Assembly (NCBI GenBank): GCA_047975205.1
Contig: JBKEDC010000012.1
Location: 117,907 to 181,906 of the forward strand
Direction: 5' to 3'
DNA from: Mangrovibacterium sp.
GTDB lineage: Bacteria > Bacteroidota > Bacteroidia > Bacteroidales > Prolixibacteraceae
Length of the DNA stretch: 64,000 nucleotides
A model generated the notes under the pieces. The model was not told the DNA's origin. It made no database searches and saw only the letters and a program-made list of their open reading frames with translations. The translations under genes and the position numbers were made by a program. This document shows positions 37,267 to 46,766 of the stretch, one piece after another (positions within the stretch are counted from its first letter, which is position 1; every line of letters starts with the position of its first letter).

Positions 37267-39216
37267 ATGATAAATATTACATTCCCCGATGGCAGCATTC
37301 GTGAGTATGAGTCGGGAATAACAGGTTTTGAGATTGCAAATTCAATTAGCAGCCGATTAGCAAAAGAAGTATTATCTATTTCAGTAAATGGAGCTGTTTG
37401 GGATTTAAATCGTAAAATTGAAGAAAGTGCTTCTGTAAAATTATTTAAGTGGGAGGATCGAAAAGGCCAGGAAACCTTTTGGCATTCTTCTGCCCACTTG
37501 ATGGCCGAAGCTATTGAGACCTTATATCCGGGCACAAAGTTCGGTATTGGTCCTACGGTAGACACTGGATTCTACTATGATATTGAGCTTCCAAATAACG
37601 AACAGCTTACAGAAAAAGACCTTACGAGAATAGAGAAAAAAATGATCGAGCTTGCTCGATTGAAGAATGATATTGTGCGAAGCAGTGTTTCAAAAGCCGA
37701 AGCTTTGAAAATGTTTGCCGATAAAAATGATGAATATAAGACTGAATTAATAAGCGAGCTGGAAGATGGTACTATTACACTCTACAATCAAGGAGCTTTT
37801 ACTGATTTATGTCGTGGACCTCATTTGCCGAATACATCCCTTATCAAAGCCGTTAAGCTAACATCAATTGCCGGAGCTTATTGGAGAGGCAATGAAAAGA
37901 ATAAGATGTTGACTCGTGTTTACGGCGTAACATTTCCAAAACAAAAAATGCTTGACGAGTATTTAGTGTTATTGGAAGAGGCAAAAAAACGAGACCATCG
38001 TAAGATTGGTAAAGAGATGGAATTATTTACTTTCTCGCAAAGAGTAGGGCAGGGACTCCCTTTATGGCTTCCTAAAGGTACACAACTTCGCTTGCAATTG
38101 GAAGACTTTTTGAAAAAGGTACAGCGTCGTTTTGATTACCAACAGGTAATGACACCTCACATTGGTAATATTGAATTGTATAAAACATCAGGACACTATC
38201 AGAAATATGGTGCAGATTCGTTCCAGCCAATAAAAACTCCGCAAGAAGGAGAGGAATACTTATTGAAACCGATGAACTGCCCACACCATTGCGAGATTTT
38301 TGCAAGTAAGCCACATTCATATAAGGATTTACCTATTCGCTTGGCTGAGTTTGGTACTGTTTACCGTTATGAGCAAAGTGGTGAGTTACATGGCTTGACA
38401 CGTGTTCGTGGTTTTACTCAAGATGATGCACATTTATTTTGTCGTGCCGACCAGTTAAAAGATGAGTTTAAGAAAGTTATTGACATTGTATTTATTATTT
38501 TCAATAGCTTGGGATTAAGTAATTATACAGCTCAAATCTCGCTGCGAGATCCAAACAATGCTGAAAAGTATATTGGATCATCCGAAAATTGGGATAAAGC
38601 AGAAGCTGCTATCATTGAAGCCTGCGAGGAAAAAGGATTAGACACAGTAACCGAATTGGGAGAGGCTGCATTTTATGGTCCGAAGCTAGATTTTATGGTA
38701 AAAGATGCTTTGGGTAGAAGTTGGCAGTTAGGTACAATCCAAGTTGATTATAACTTACCCGAACGCTTCGATTTAAAATACACGGGAGCTGATGATAAAC
38801 CTCATCGTCCGATTATGATTCATCGAGCACCATTCGGATCTATGGAACGTTTTGTTGCTGTATTAATTGAGCATACAGCCGGAAAATTTCCGTTATGGTT
38901 GACTCCTGAACAATGTGTAGTGTTGCCAATTAGTGAAAAATTCAATGAATACGCAGAAAAAGTTTCAAATATTCTAAATAATTCCGATATTCGCGCCCAA
39001 GTTGACGACCGTAATGAGAAGATTGGTCGAAAAATTCGAGATAACGAGCTAAAACGCATACCTTACCTACTGATTGTGGGCGAAAAAGAAGCTGAATCCG
39101 GAAAACTTTCTGTAAGGAAACAAGGAGAAGGAGACAAAGGGGTAATGAAGATTGAAGAATTTGCTCAATTCTTGAATGATGAAGTAAGAGAACAATTATC
39201 AGCATTTTATAACTAA
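37267..39216 (+). CDS. thrS: Threonine--tRNA ligase
   Basis: 649 aa. An N-terminal TGS domain is present, the editing-domain motif is [12 protein letters not shown], and there is a class II core plus a C-terminal anticodon-binding domain. infC-rpmI-rplT follow. Confidence 0.97.
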   Translation: MINITFPDGSIREYESGITGFEIANSISSRLAKEVLSISVNGAVWDLNRKIEESASVKLFKWEDRKGQETFWHSSAHLMAEAIETLYPGTKFGIGPTVDTGFYYDIELPNNEQLTEKDLTRIEKKMIELARLKNDIVRSSVSKAEALKMFADKNDEYKTELISELEDGTITLYNQGAFTDLCRGPHLPNTSLIKAVKLTSIAGAYWRGNEKNKMLTRVYGVTFPKQKMLDEYLVLLEEAKKRDHRKIGKEMELFTFSQRVGQGLPLWLPKGTQLRLQLEDFLKKVQRRFDYQQVMTPHIGNIELYKTSGHYQKYGADSFQPIKTPQEGEEYLLKPMNCPHHCEIFASKPHSYKDLPIRLAEFGTVYRYEQSGELHGLTRVRGFTQDDAHLFCRADQLKDEFKKVIDIVFIIFNSLGLSNYTAQISLRDPNNAEKYIGSSENWDKAEAAIIEACEEKGLDTVTELGEAAFYGPKLDFMVKDALGRSWQLGTIQVDYNLPERFDLKYTGADDKPHRPIMIHRAPFGSMERFVAVLIEHTAGKFPLWLTPEQCVVLPISEKFNEYAEKVSNILNNSDIRAQVDDRNEKIGRKIRDNELKRIPYLLIVGEKEAESGKLSVRKQGEGDKGVMKIEEFAQFLNDEVREQLSAFYN

Positions 39217-39229
39217 AAAAGTTAAAGCT

Positions 39230-39787
39230 ATCGCAGTAAATAGGCCAAGACGCAGAGGCTATCGTGTAGAGACAGAGCCTCAGCATAAGTTAAATGACAA
39301 AATTCGTGCTAAAGAAGTGCGACTTGTTGGAGAGAATATTGAAAATCAAGGGGTATATCCTTTGAGAGAAGCTCTGGCAATGGCTGAAGAGCAGGGGTTG
39401 GATTTGGTGGAAATTTCTCCAAATGCAGAACCTCCTGTGTGTAAGATTATTGACTACAATAAATTCCTTTATCAGCAAAAGAAAAAGCAAAAGGAAATGA
39501 AAGCGAAAGCTGTGAAGGTTGTAATCAAGGAAATCAGATTCGGTCCTCAAACAGACGAACATGATTTTCAGTTCAAGCTTCGTCACGCTGAGAAATTCCT
39601 TCAAGAAGGTGCTAAAGTTAAAGCTTTTGTATTCTTCAAGGGGCGCTCTATCTTATTTAAGGAGCAGGGAGAAATCTTACTGCTTAAATTTGCCCAAGCT
39701 TTAGAAGAATGGGGAAAGGTAGAGCAAATGCCAAAATTAGAAGGTAAAAGAATGACAATGTTTATTTCACCTAAAAAGAAGAAGTAA
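39230..39787 (+). CDS. infC: Translation initiation factor IF-3 (probable non-AUG start)
   Basis: [16 protein letters not shown]...[30 protein letters not shown] is canonical IF-3. The frame stays open upstream of the track's GTG at 39317 and encodes a basic extension ([17 protein letters not shown]) typical of IF-3 N-termini. There is no in-frame ATG, GTG or TTG upstream of the GTG at 39317. Candidate starts are ATC 39230, ATA 39209 and ATT 39302, so the exact start is uncertain. Confidence 0.85.
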   Translation: MAVNRPRRRGYRVETEPQHKLNDKIRAKEVRLVGENIENQGVYPLREALAMAEEQGLDLVEISPNAEPPVCKIIDYNKFLYQQKKKQKEMKAKAVKVVIKEIRFGPQTDEHDFQFKLRHAEKFLQEGAKVKAFVFFKGRSILFKEQGEILLLKFAQALEEWGKVEQMPKLEGKRMTMFISPKKKK

Positions 39788-39812
39788 TTCTTCGAATATA
39801 AAATTAGGACAG

Positions 39813-40010
39813 ATGCCAAAAATGAAAACCAATTCCGGTGCCAAAAAACGTTTCAAAACGACAGGTACAGGAAAATTGAAAAGAAAGCATGCTTTCAAAA
39901 GTCACATTTTGACTAAGAAAACTAAAAAGCAAAAACGAAACTTAACTCACTCGGGTTTGGTGCACAAAGCCGATGAGAGTAATGTTAAGAAACTGCTTGC
40001 TATGAAGTAA
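39813..40010 (+). CDS. rpmI: 50S ribosomal protein L35
   Basis: 65 aa. The highly basic [15 protein letters not shown] is the canonical L35 N-terminus. Confidence 0.95.
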   Translation: MPKMKTNSGAKKRFKTTGTGKLKRKHAFKSHILTKKTKKQKRNLTHSGLVHKADESNVKKLLAMK

Positions 40011-40117
40011 GCAACTTTTCAATTTGAAGAGTTTTAAGACAATCAAATGTTTAATGGTGGAATAGCCCAAAAGTACTTGCTCAATGCAAGACGCTATCCA
40101 CTTAAAAAAAGAAAATT

Positions 40118-40465
40118 ATGCCAAGATCAGTCAACCACGTGGCTTCTAGAGCACGTAGAAAGAGAATCCTTAAGGAAACAAGAGGTAACTGGGGTGCACG
40201 TAAAAACGTGTGGACGGTAGCAAAAAACACTTATGAAAAAGGTTTGCAATACGCCTACCGTGACCGTAAAACCAAAAAACGTAATTTCCGCTCATTATGG
40301 ATTCAGCGTATTAATGCTGCAGTTCGTTTAGAGGGACTTAGCTATTCGCAATTTATTGGTTTGTTGAAAAAGAACAACATCGATATCAACCGCAAGGTTC
40401 TTGCAGACTTAGCAGTTTATCAACCTCAAGCTTTTAAAGCAATTGTTGATAAAGTAAAAAACTAG
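40118..40465 (+). CDS. rplT: 50S ribosomal protein L20
   Basis: 115 aa. [19 protein letters not shown]...[22 protein letters not shown] is canonical L20. Confidence 0.96.
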   Translation: MPRSVNHVASRARRKRILKETRGNWGARKNVWTVAKNTYEKGLQYAYRDRKTKKRNFRSLWIQRINAAVRLEGLSYSQFIGLLKKNNIDINRKVLADLAVYQPQAFKAIVDKVKN

Positions 40466-40493
40466 TAATTCAGTTCAGGTGGAATACAACATT

Positions 40494-40523
40494 GAGCCTC
40501 GTCGTGTGTCGGCGAGGCTTTTC
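40494..40523 (+). terminator. Intrinsic terminator after rplT
   Basis: agcctcg (40495-40501) pairs with cgaggct (40513-40519), with further inner pairs. TTTT follows. Confidence 0.6.
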
Positions 40524-40585
40524 ATGTTAATATGGTTAACTTGCTAAAAAACTACAACAGCTAACCGTATATAAGCTATATTGAT

Positions 40586-40593
40586 TACATTTG
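40586..40593 (+). promoter_or_regulatory. Possible -7 element upstream of secA
   Basis: TACATTTG at 40586-40593, with 42 nt between the box and the secA ATG at 40636. Confidence 0.3.
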
Positions 40594-40635
40594 CAATAAG
40601 CGAAATAAGAAAACGTATAATAACAAGATATAACG

Positions 40636-43600
40636 ATGAGTTTTATTGACAAAATTCTTGGAGCTTTCCTTGGTAGTAAATCTGATAGGGATTTAAAGGA
40701 AGTTACCCCAATTTTGAATGATGTAAAGAAAGAGTTTGAACGCATTGCTTCACTCTCGAATGATGATTTACGTCTAGAAACTGAATCTTTAAAACAAAAG
40801 ATTCGCGATTACATTAAAGCTGAACAAGATGATATTACTTCGCTGAAAGCTCATGCCGAAGAATCTGATATTCAAGAAAGCGAGAAAATCTATGAGCAAG
40901 TAGATAAATTGGAGGAATCTATTAAAACTAAGATAGAGGAAGTCTTGAATGAAATATTGCCCACAGCATTTGCTATTGTAAAAGTAACAGCTCAGCGTTT
41001 TTCCGAAAATGAAGAGGTCATTGTATTAGCAAGTGATTTTGATCGAAATATTGCTGCAAGAAAAGATAATGTGGAGATTGATGGAGATAAAGCTATTTGG
41101 TTTAATTCTTGGAATGCCGGCGGAAATGAAGTTAAATGGAATATGATTCATTATGATGTTCAGCTTATAGGTGGGATTGTATTGCATTCAGGAAAGATTG
41201 CTGAAATGGCTACAGGTGAGGGTAAAACTTTGGTATCTACTTTACCCGTTTTTCTAAATGCACTAGCAGGTCGAGGAGTACATGTGGTAACTGTGAATGA
41301 CTACTTAGCTAAACGTGACTCGGAATGGATGGGACCTATCTTTGAGTTTCATGGATTAAGTGTAGACTGCATTGATAAACATCAACCAAATTCTGATGAT
41401 CGCAGGAAAGCATATAATGCAGATATTACTTACGGTACTAATAATGAGTTTGGTTTTGACTATCTTCGAGACAATATGGCAATTAATCCTCAAGATTTAG
41501 TACAGCGCAAACATCATTATGCTATTGTGGATGAGGTTGACTCTGTACTAATAGATGATGCCCGTACTCCTCTTATCATTTCAGGTCCAGTTCCTAAAGG
41601 GGATAATCAAAAGTTTGAAGAACTAATGCCTAAAGTAGAGCGTTTAGTTCAAGCTCAAAGGGCATTGGTAACTCAGCGGTTAACAGAAGCAAAAAAACTT
41701 CTCAACAAAGATGGCGCATCAAAGGATGAAAAAGAGGAAGGATCTTTTAAATTGCTGCAAGCACATAAAGGTTTGCCGAAGACTAAAGGATTGATTAAGT
41801 TTCTGAGTGAAGAGGGGATTAAAGCTGCTATGCAAAAAACAGAAAACTTCTATATGCAAGATAATAATCGTCAGATGCATAAAGTAACCGACGAATTATT
41901 CTTTGTCATAGAAGAGAAGCAAAATTCAGTTGAACTTACGGATAGAGGTATTGACTTAATATCTAGTGATGTTGATGATCCTTTATTTTTTGTTCTTCCG
42001 GACGTTGGGTCTGAAATTGCCGAACTGGAAAAAGATGAAAGTATCTCAGCACAAGATCGACTAGAAAAGAAAGATGAGCTTTTACAAACTTATGCTGTGA
42101 AATCAGAGCGTGTTCATACGATTAATCAATTGCTTAAGGCATATGCCATGTTTGAAAAAGATCAAGAATATGTGGTCATTGAGAATAAAGTAAAGATTGT
42201 TGATGAACAAACCGGTCGTATAATGGAAGGTCGTCGCTATTCCGATGGATTACATCAGGCTATTGAGGCCAAAGAGCGTGTAAAGGTAGAAGCTGCTACG
42301 CAAACTTTTGCAACTGTTACCCTACAAAATTATTTCCGTATGTATAATAAGCTGTCAGGCATGACTGGTACTGCGGAAACTGAAGCCGGTGAATTTTGGG
42401 ATATATATGAATTAGATGTTGTAGTTATTCCTACAAATCGTCCGATTCAAAGAGATGACCGAGAAGATAAAGTATATAAAACAAAGCGCGAAAAATACAA
42501 TGCAGTTATTGAAGAAGTAATAGAAATGCATCAAGCTGGTCGCCCTGTACTTGTAGGAACAACGTCAGTAGACATTTCAGAGTTACTTAGTCGGATGTTG
42601 AAAATGCGTGGGGTTAAACATAATGTATTGAATGCAAAGCTTCATGCTCGAGAGGCTGATATCGTTGCAGAAGCTGGTAGAGAAGGTATGGTTACTATTG
42701 CTACCAATATGGCAGGTCGTGGTACTGATATCAAATTAAGCGATGAAGTGAAGGCTGCCGGAGGATTAGCTATAGTGGGTACTGAACGTCATGATTCACG
42801 AAGGGTTGACCGTCAATTGCGAGGACGTGCCGGTCGTCAAGGGGATCCGGGGTCATCTCAGTTCTTTGTTTCATTGGAAGATAATTTGATGCGATTGTTC
42901 AACTCAGAACGTATAACAAGTATTATGGATCGAATTGGTTTGGAAGAAGGCGAAGTGATTCAACATTCTATGATTACCAAATCGATCGAGAGGGCACAAC
43001 GCAAAGTGGAAGAAAATAACTTTGGAATTCGTAAACGTTTATTGGAATACGATGATGTTATGAATTCTCAGCGAGAAGTGATTTACAAAAAACGTCGTCA
43101 TGCTCTTTATGGCGAGCGTTTGGAGGTAGATTTGCTCAATATGATGTATGATTCCGTTGATGCTATTGTAAATAATCATTACGGAGCCGACTTTGACGAA
43201 TTTAAGCTGGAATTAATTCGCATATGTTCTATCGAGTCCCCAATATCGGAAGAAGATTTTAGACAACAAAAACCGGAGCAAATAGTAGAAGTGCTTTACC
43301 AGTCCATGATTGATTCATACACTCGTAAGGTTGAAGCTATAGCAAAACAGGCTTGGCCGGTTATTAAAGATGTTCAAGAAAATCGAGGTCATCAATATAA
43401 GAATATTGTAGTGCCTATTTCGGAAGGAAAACGAATTTTTCAGGTAGTTACCAATTTAGAAAAAGCATATCGTAATGAGGCTAAGGAGCTGGTAAAATCA
43501 TTCCAAAAACAAATTGTATTGGTTACTATTGATGAGGCTTGGAAAGAACAGCTTCGTGAAATGGATGACTTAAAACAATCTGTTCAGAATGCTACCTACG

Positions 43601-43950
43601 AACAAAAAGATCCGTTATTAATTTACAAGTTTGAGTCGTTTGATTTATTCAAGCTTATGCTCAATAATGTGAATGAAGATATTGTATCATCATTGATGAA
43701 AGCTCATATTCCTATGCAAGATCCTAATCAAGTTCGTGAAGCAGATGAACAACGAAGAACGGATATGAGTAGAATGCAAACCCGAAAAAATGAGTTGGGA
43801 AGAGATGGTACAATGCAAGGAGGACAAGCTCCCCAGAAACCAAAAGCACAACCTATTCGAGTAGAAAAAAGAGTGGGTAGAAACGAGCCTTGTCCTTGTG
43901 GAAGTGGTAAGAAATTTAAATCTTGTCATGGTAAAGGCTTGGCAGAATAA
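40636..43950 (+). CDS. secA: Preprotein translocase ATPase SecA
   Basis: 1104 aa. [28 protein letters not shown] and the C-terminal zinc finger [14 protein letters not shown] are present. Confidence 0.98.
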   Translation: MSFIDKILGAFLGSKSDRDLKEVTPILNDVKKEFERIASLSNDDLRLETESLKQKIRDYIKAEQDDITSLKAHAEESDIQESEKIYEQVDKLEESIKTKIEEVLNEILPTAFAIVKVTAQRFSENEEVIVLASDFDRNIAARKDNVEIDGDKAIWFNSWNAGGNEVKWNMIHYDVQLIGGIVLHSGKIAEMATGEGKTLVSTLPVFLNALAGRGVHVVTVNDYLAKRDSEWMGPIFEFHGLSVDCIDKHQPNSDDRRKAYNADITYGTNNEFGFDYLRDNMAINPQDLVQRKHHYAIVDEVDSVLIDDARTPLIISGPVPKGDNQKFEELMPKVERLVQAQRALVTQRLTEAKKLLNKDGASKDEKEEGSFKLLQAHKGLPKTKGLIKFLSEEGIKAAMQKTENFYMQDNNRQMHKVTDELFFVIEEKQNSVELTDRGIDLISSDVDDPLFFVLPDVGSEIAELEKDESISAQDRLEKKDELLQTYAVKSERVHTINQLLKAYAMFEKDQEYVVIENKVKIVDEQTGRIMEGRRYSDGLHQAIEAKERVKVEAATQTFATVTLQNYFRMYNKLSGMTGTAETEAGEFWDIYELDVVVIPTNRPIQRDDREDKVYKTKREKYNAVIEEVIEMHQAGRPVLVGTTSVDISELLSRMLKMRGVKHNVLNAKLHAREADIVAEAGREGMVTIATNMAGRGTDIKLSDEVKAAGGLAIVGTERHDSRRVDRQLRGRAGRQGDPGSSQFFVSLEDNLMRLFNSERITSIMDRIGLEEGEVIQHSMITKSIERAQRKVEENNFGIRKRLLEYDDVMNSQREVIYKKRRHALYGERLEVDLLNMMYDSVDAIVNNHYGADFDEFKLELIRICSIESPISEEDFRQQKPEQIVEVLYQSMIDSYTRKVEAIAKQAWPVIKDVQENRGHQYKNIVVPISEGKRIFQVVTNLEKAYRNEAKELVKSFQKQIVLVTIDEAWKEQLREMDDLKQSVQNATYEQKDPLLIYKFESFDLFKLMLNNVNEDIVSSLMKAHIPMQDPNQVREADEQRRTDMSRMQTRKNELGRDGTMQGGQAPQKPKAQPIRVEKRVGRNEPCPCGSGKKFKSCHGKGLAE

Positions 43951-43972
43951 TAAATACTAATTAATCAAATAG

Positions 43973-44017
43973 GGAATTGAGAATCCGGGTTTTCTGTGAT
44001 TCTTAATTCCTTTTTTT
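43973..44017 (+). terminator. Intrinsic terminator after secA
   Basis: ggaattgagaatc (43973-43985) pairs with gattcttaattcc (43998-44010), 13 bp including one G-U pair. A T7 run follows (44011-44017). Confidence 0.75.
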
Positions 44018-44034
44018 ATTTGTAAAACACAGTT

Positions 44035-44853
44035 ATGGAGACTTTATTTATACACTGGAACGTTAATCCGGAGATTTTTCATATCGGAGGTATATCAGTC
44101 CGTTGGTATGGGCTGATGTTTGCCATAGGTTTTCTTATTGGGTACAATATTGTAGAACGCATGTTCAGAAAAGATGGTGATGATTTAAAATGGTTGGATA
44201 GTATATTTATGTATATGCTAGTTGCAACGATTGTGGGAGCCAGATTAGGGCATGTCTTCTTTTATGCATGGGATTATTACAAAGTACATCCCGAAGAAAT
44301 TCTTAAGGTTTGGCATGGCGGATTAGCCAGCCATGGCGGAGCTATAGGTATTTTTATTGCTTTGGTAATTTGGAGTAAGCGAGTATCTCATCGATCCGTA
44401 TTTTGGATACTGGATAGAGTGGTGGTTCCAACGGCATTAGTTGCAGCAATGATACGGTTTGGAAATTTGATGAACTCTGAGATTTACGGTGTTCAGACAT
44501 CGTTACCATGGGGATTTATATTCGAACGTAACGGAGAAACTATCCCTAAACACCCTACACAAATCTATGAATCATTAAGTTATTTGGCTACATTCGGAAT
44601 AATGATGTATTGCTATTTCAAAACTTCACTTCGTAAGCGAGAAGGGTTCTTATTTGGATTATTCTTCGTTTTAGTTTTCATTGCTCGTTTTTTTATCGAA
44701 TTTATCAAAGAAGATCAAGAAGCTTTCGAGGCTACCATGAAACTGAACATGGGGCAATGGTTGAGCATTCCCTTTGTATTATTCGGAGCCTACATGATGT
44801 GGCGAGCATTGAAGCGTCCTGAAGTAGAGTATAGCACTACCGCAAAAAAGTAA
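44035..44853 (+). CDS. lgt: Prolipoprotein diacylglyceryl transferase (copy 1)
   Basis: RWYGLMFAIGF, WHGGLASHGG, GNLMNSEIYG and HPTQIYES are Lgt signature regions. It is 272 aa. Confidence 0.9.
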   Translation: METLFIHWNVNPEIFHIGGISVRWYGLMFAIGFLIGYNIVERMFRKDGDDLKWLDSIFMYMLVATIVGARLGHVFFYAWDYYKVHPEEILKVWHGGLASHGGAIGIFIALVIWSKRVSHRSVFWILDRVVVPTALVAAMIRFGNLMNSEIYGVQTSLPWGFIFERNGETIPKHPTQIYESLSYLATFGIMMYCYFKTSLRKREGFLFGLFFVLVFIARFFIEFIKEDQEAFEATMKLNMGQWLSIPFVLFGAYMMWRALKRPEVEYSTTAKK

Positions 44854-44854
44854 A

Positions 44855-45643
44855 ATGAATCTGGATTTCATCTCTTGGCGAGTTAATCCGATAGCCTTCC
44901 AAATAGGGAATGCTGAGATAAGATGGTATGGACTAATGTTCCCTATCGGATTCTTGGCAGGCTACCTTCTAGGCAAAAGGATGTTTAAACAGGAGGGTGA
45001 AAAATTAGACTGGGTAGATACTTTGTTCATCATCATATTCATATCAGGTATATTAGGAGCTCGTTTGGTTCATGTTTTTTGTTACGACTGGGCATTTTTT
45101 AGAAATCACCCGGAGGAAATTTTTAAAACTTGGCATGGTGGATTAGCTAGTCATGGTGGAGTGGTAGGTGTGATGTGTGCCTTGTATATATGGAGTAGAT
45201 ATGTTGTTCATCGACCTTTTCTATGGATATTAGACAAGGTGTCAGTTTGTGCGGCATTATTAGCCGGATTAATCAGATTGGGGAATTTGATGAACTCAGA
45301 AATTTACGGCATCCAAACGTCATTACCATGGGGATTTATATTTGAACGCAATGGAGAAAGTATCCCAAAACACCCCACTCAGCTCTATGAAGCATTGTGT
45401 TATTTTGCCATTTTTGCTTTGCTTTACTATTTATATTTTTACCGAAAAGTTTACCAGAGACAAGGATATTTAACCGGCTTATTCGCAGTTATGGTATTTT
45501 CTGCACGTTTTCTCATTGAGTTCATTAAAAACAATCAAAGTCCTTTTGAAACCAATATGCTATTGAATATGGGGCAACTGCTAAGCATACCTTTCATAGT
45601 TTACGGCATTTATCTGATAATAAAGTCAAGAAACACAGAGTAA
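44855..45643 (+). CDS. lgt: Prolipoprotein diacylglyceryl transferase (copy 2, tandem paralog)
   Basis: The same Lgt signatures are present (RWYGLMFPIGF, WHGGLASHGG, GNLMNSEIYG, HPTQLYEA). It starts 1 nt after the copy 1 stop. Confidence 0.88.
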   Translation: MNLDFISWRVNPIAFQIGNAEIRWYGLMFPIGFLAGYLLGKRMFKQEGEKLDWVDTLFIIIFISGILGARLVHVFCYDWAFFRNHPEEIFKTWHGGLASHGGVVGVMCALYIWSRYVVHRPFLWILDKVSVCAALLAGLIRLGNLMNSEIYGIQTSLPWGFIFERNGESIPKHPTQLYEALCYFAIFALLYYLYFYRKVYQRQGYLTGLFAVMVFSARFLIEFIKNNQSPFETNMLLNMGQLLSIPFIVYGIYLIIKSRNTE

Positions 45644-45718
45644 AGATGTGTATTACGATTCTATCTTTGTATTGGAGTAAGTTTAGCTCAATATTAAGCT
45701 CACTTCATCAATAATAAG

Positions 45719-45726
45719 TATATTTG
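45719..45726 (+). promoter_or_regulatory. Possible -7 element upstream of the phnA-like gene
   Basis: TATATTTG at 45719-45726, with 42 nt between the box and the ATG at 45769. A second match, TATCTTTG, lies at 45662-45669. Confidence 0.3.
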
Positions 45727-45768
45727 TCGAAAATAAATTGAAAATATCAATCATCAAATAAAAAATAA

Positions 45769-46335
45769 ATGAGTATTGAAAGTACTTTAAAAGAGCGCAG
45801 TGGTTCAGTTTGTGAACTATGTGGAGCATCTGATGGGCTAACTGTATATGCCATACCTCCGGTGGAAGAAAATCATAGCGATAAATGCATTTTGATTTGT
45901 GCAAAATGTGATAAAGAAATAGGTGGTGATAATTTAGATGTTAATCACTGGAGATGCTTAAATGATTCAGCATGGAGTGAAGTTCCGGCGGTGCAGGTTG
46001 TGGTTTACCGCATGTTAAGTCGATTGAATACTGAAGGATGGGCTCATGATTTGAAAGATATGATCTATCTTGATGAAGAAAATCTGAAATGGGCTGAACA
46101 AGGCTTAACAGCCGATGATGCTGTTAAACATATAGATTCAAATGGAGTCGTTTTAAGTGCCGGAGATTCTGTGGTATTGATAAAAGATTTGGTGGTAAAA
46201 GGAGGAGGATTCACCGCTAAGCGGGGTACTGCCGTGCGTAATATTTCTTTAGTTGCTGATAATCCGGAACATATTGAAGGTAAGGTTAATGGGCAGCAAA
46301 TTGTTATTTTGACTCAATACGTAAAGAAAAACTAA
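45769..46335 (+). CDS. PhnA/YjdM-family zinc-ribbon protein
   Basis: The N-terminus has CELCG...CAKC zinc-ribbon cysteines. The C-terminal GDSVVLIKDLVVKGGGFTAKRGTAVRNISLV...QYVKKN closely resembles E. coli YjdM. Confidence 0.85.
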   Translation: MSIESTLKERSGSVCELCGASDGLTVYAIPPVEENHSDKCILICAKCDKEIGGDNLDVNHWRCLNDSAWSEVPAVQVVVYRMLSRLNTEGWAHDLKDMIYLDEENLKWAEQGLTADDAVKHIDSNGVVLSAGDSVVLIKDLVVKGGGFTAKRGTAVRNISLVADNPEHIEGKVNGQQIVILTQYVKKN

Positions 46336-46359
46336 TTGCCTACAAATTGCGGATGAAAA

Positions 46360-46407
46360 GCCGATTATATAATTACAAGCCTGTATGATTATATAATCGG
46401 CCTTTTT
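46360..46407 (+). terminator. Intrinsic terminator after the phnA-like gene
   Basis: gccgattatataat (46360-46373) is the exact complement of attatataatcggc (46388-46401), 14 bp. CTTTTT follows. Confidence 0.75.
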
Positions 46408-46766
46408 ATTTGAATATTAACAGTTAATAAATATCAATTAGTTTCATGACGTAAAGCTTGCAAGAATAGCTTCTAGCTACACGGATTCTGATTCATATTT
46501 TATATAAAATATATGGATTTATGGAATTCTCACATTAGCATGAGTAAATAAATCACAATGCAACTGTAATTATCAAAGCTAAAAGTTAATAAACCTTATA
46601 TTTTAATCAATTCTCAGAGTAGTATTAGAATAAAAATAGCTATCGTATCATACTTAGATATGTTGTTTGCTGCTAAGAATACTCTATAATGTTGATTTAT
46701 AATGAATAGCTTGTGTATTCTCGGCTTCTTTGTATATTTACATCTCATTAAGAATATTAAAAAAAC

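Noticed and set aside
37257-37565. 102-aa minus-strand ORF
   Set aside because: It is antisense to the thrS 5' end. thrS is certain, so the ORF is a shadow frame.
39290-39819. 104-aa and 72-aa minus-strand ORFs
   Set aside because: They are antisense to infC, Phe/Leu-rich and without motifs.
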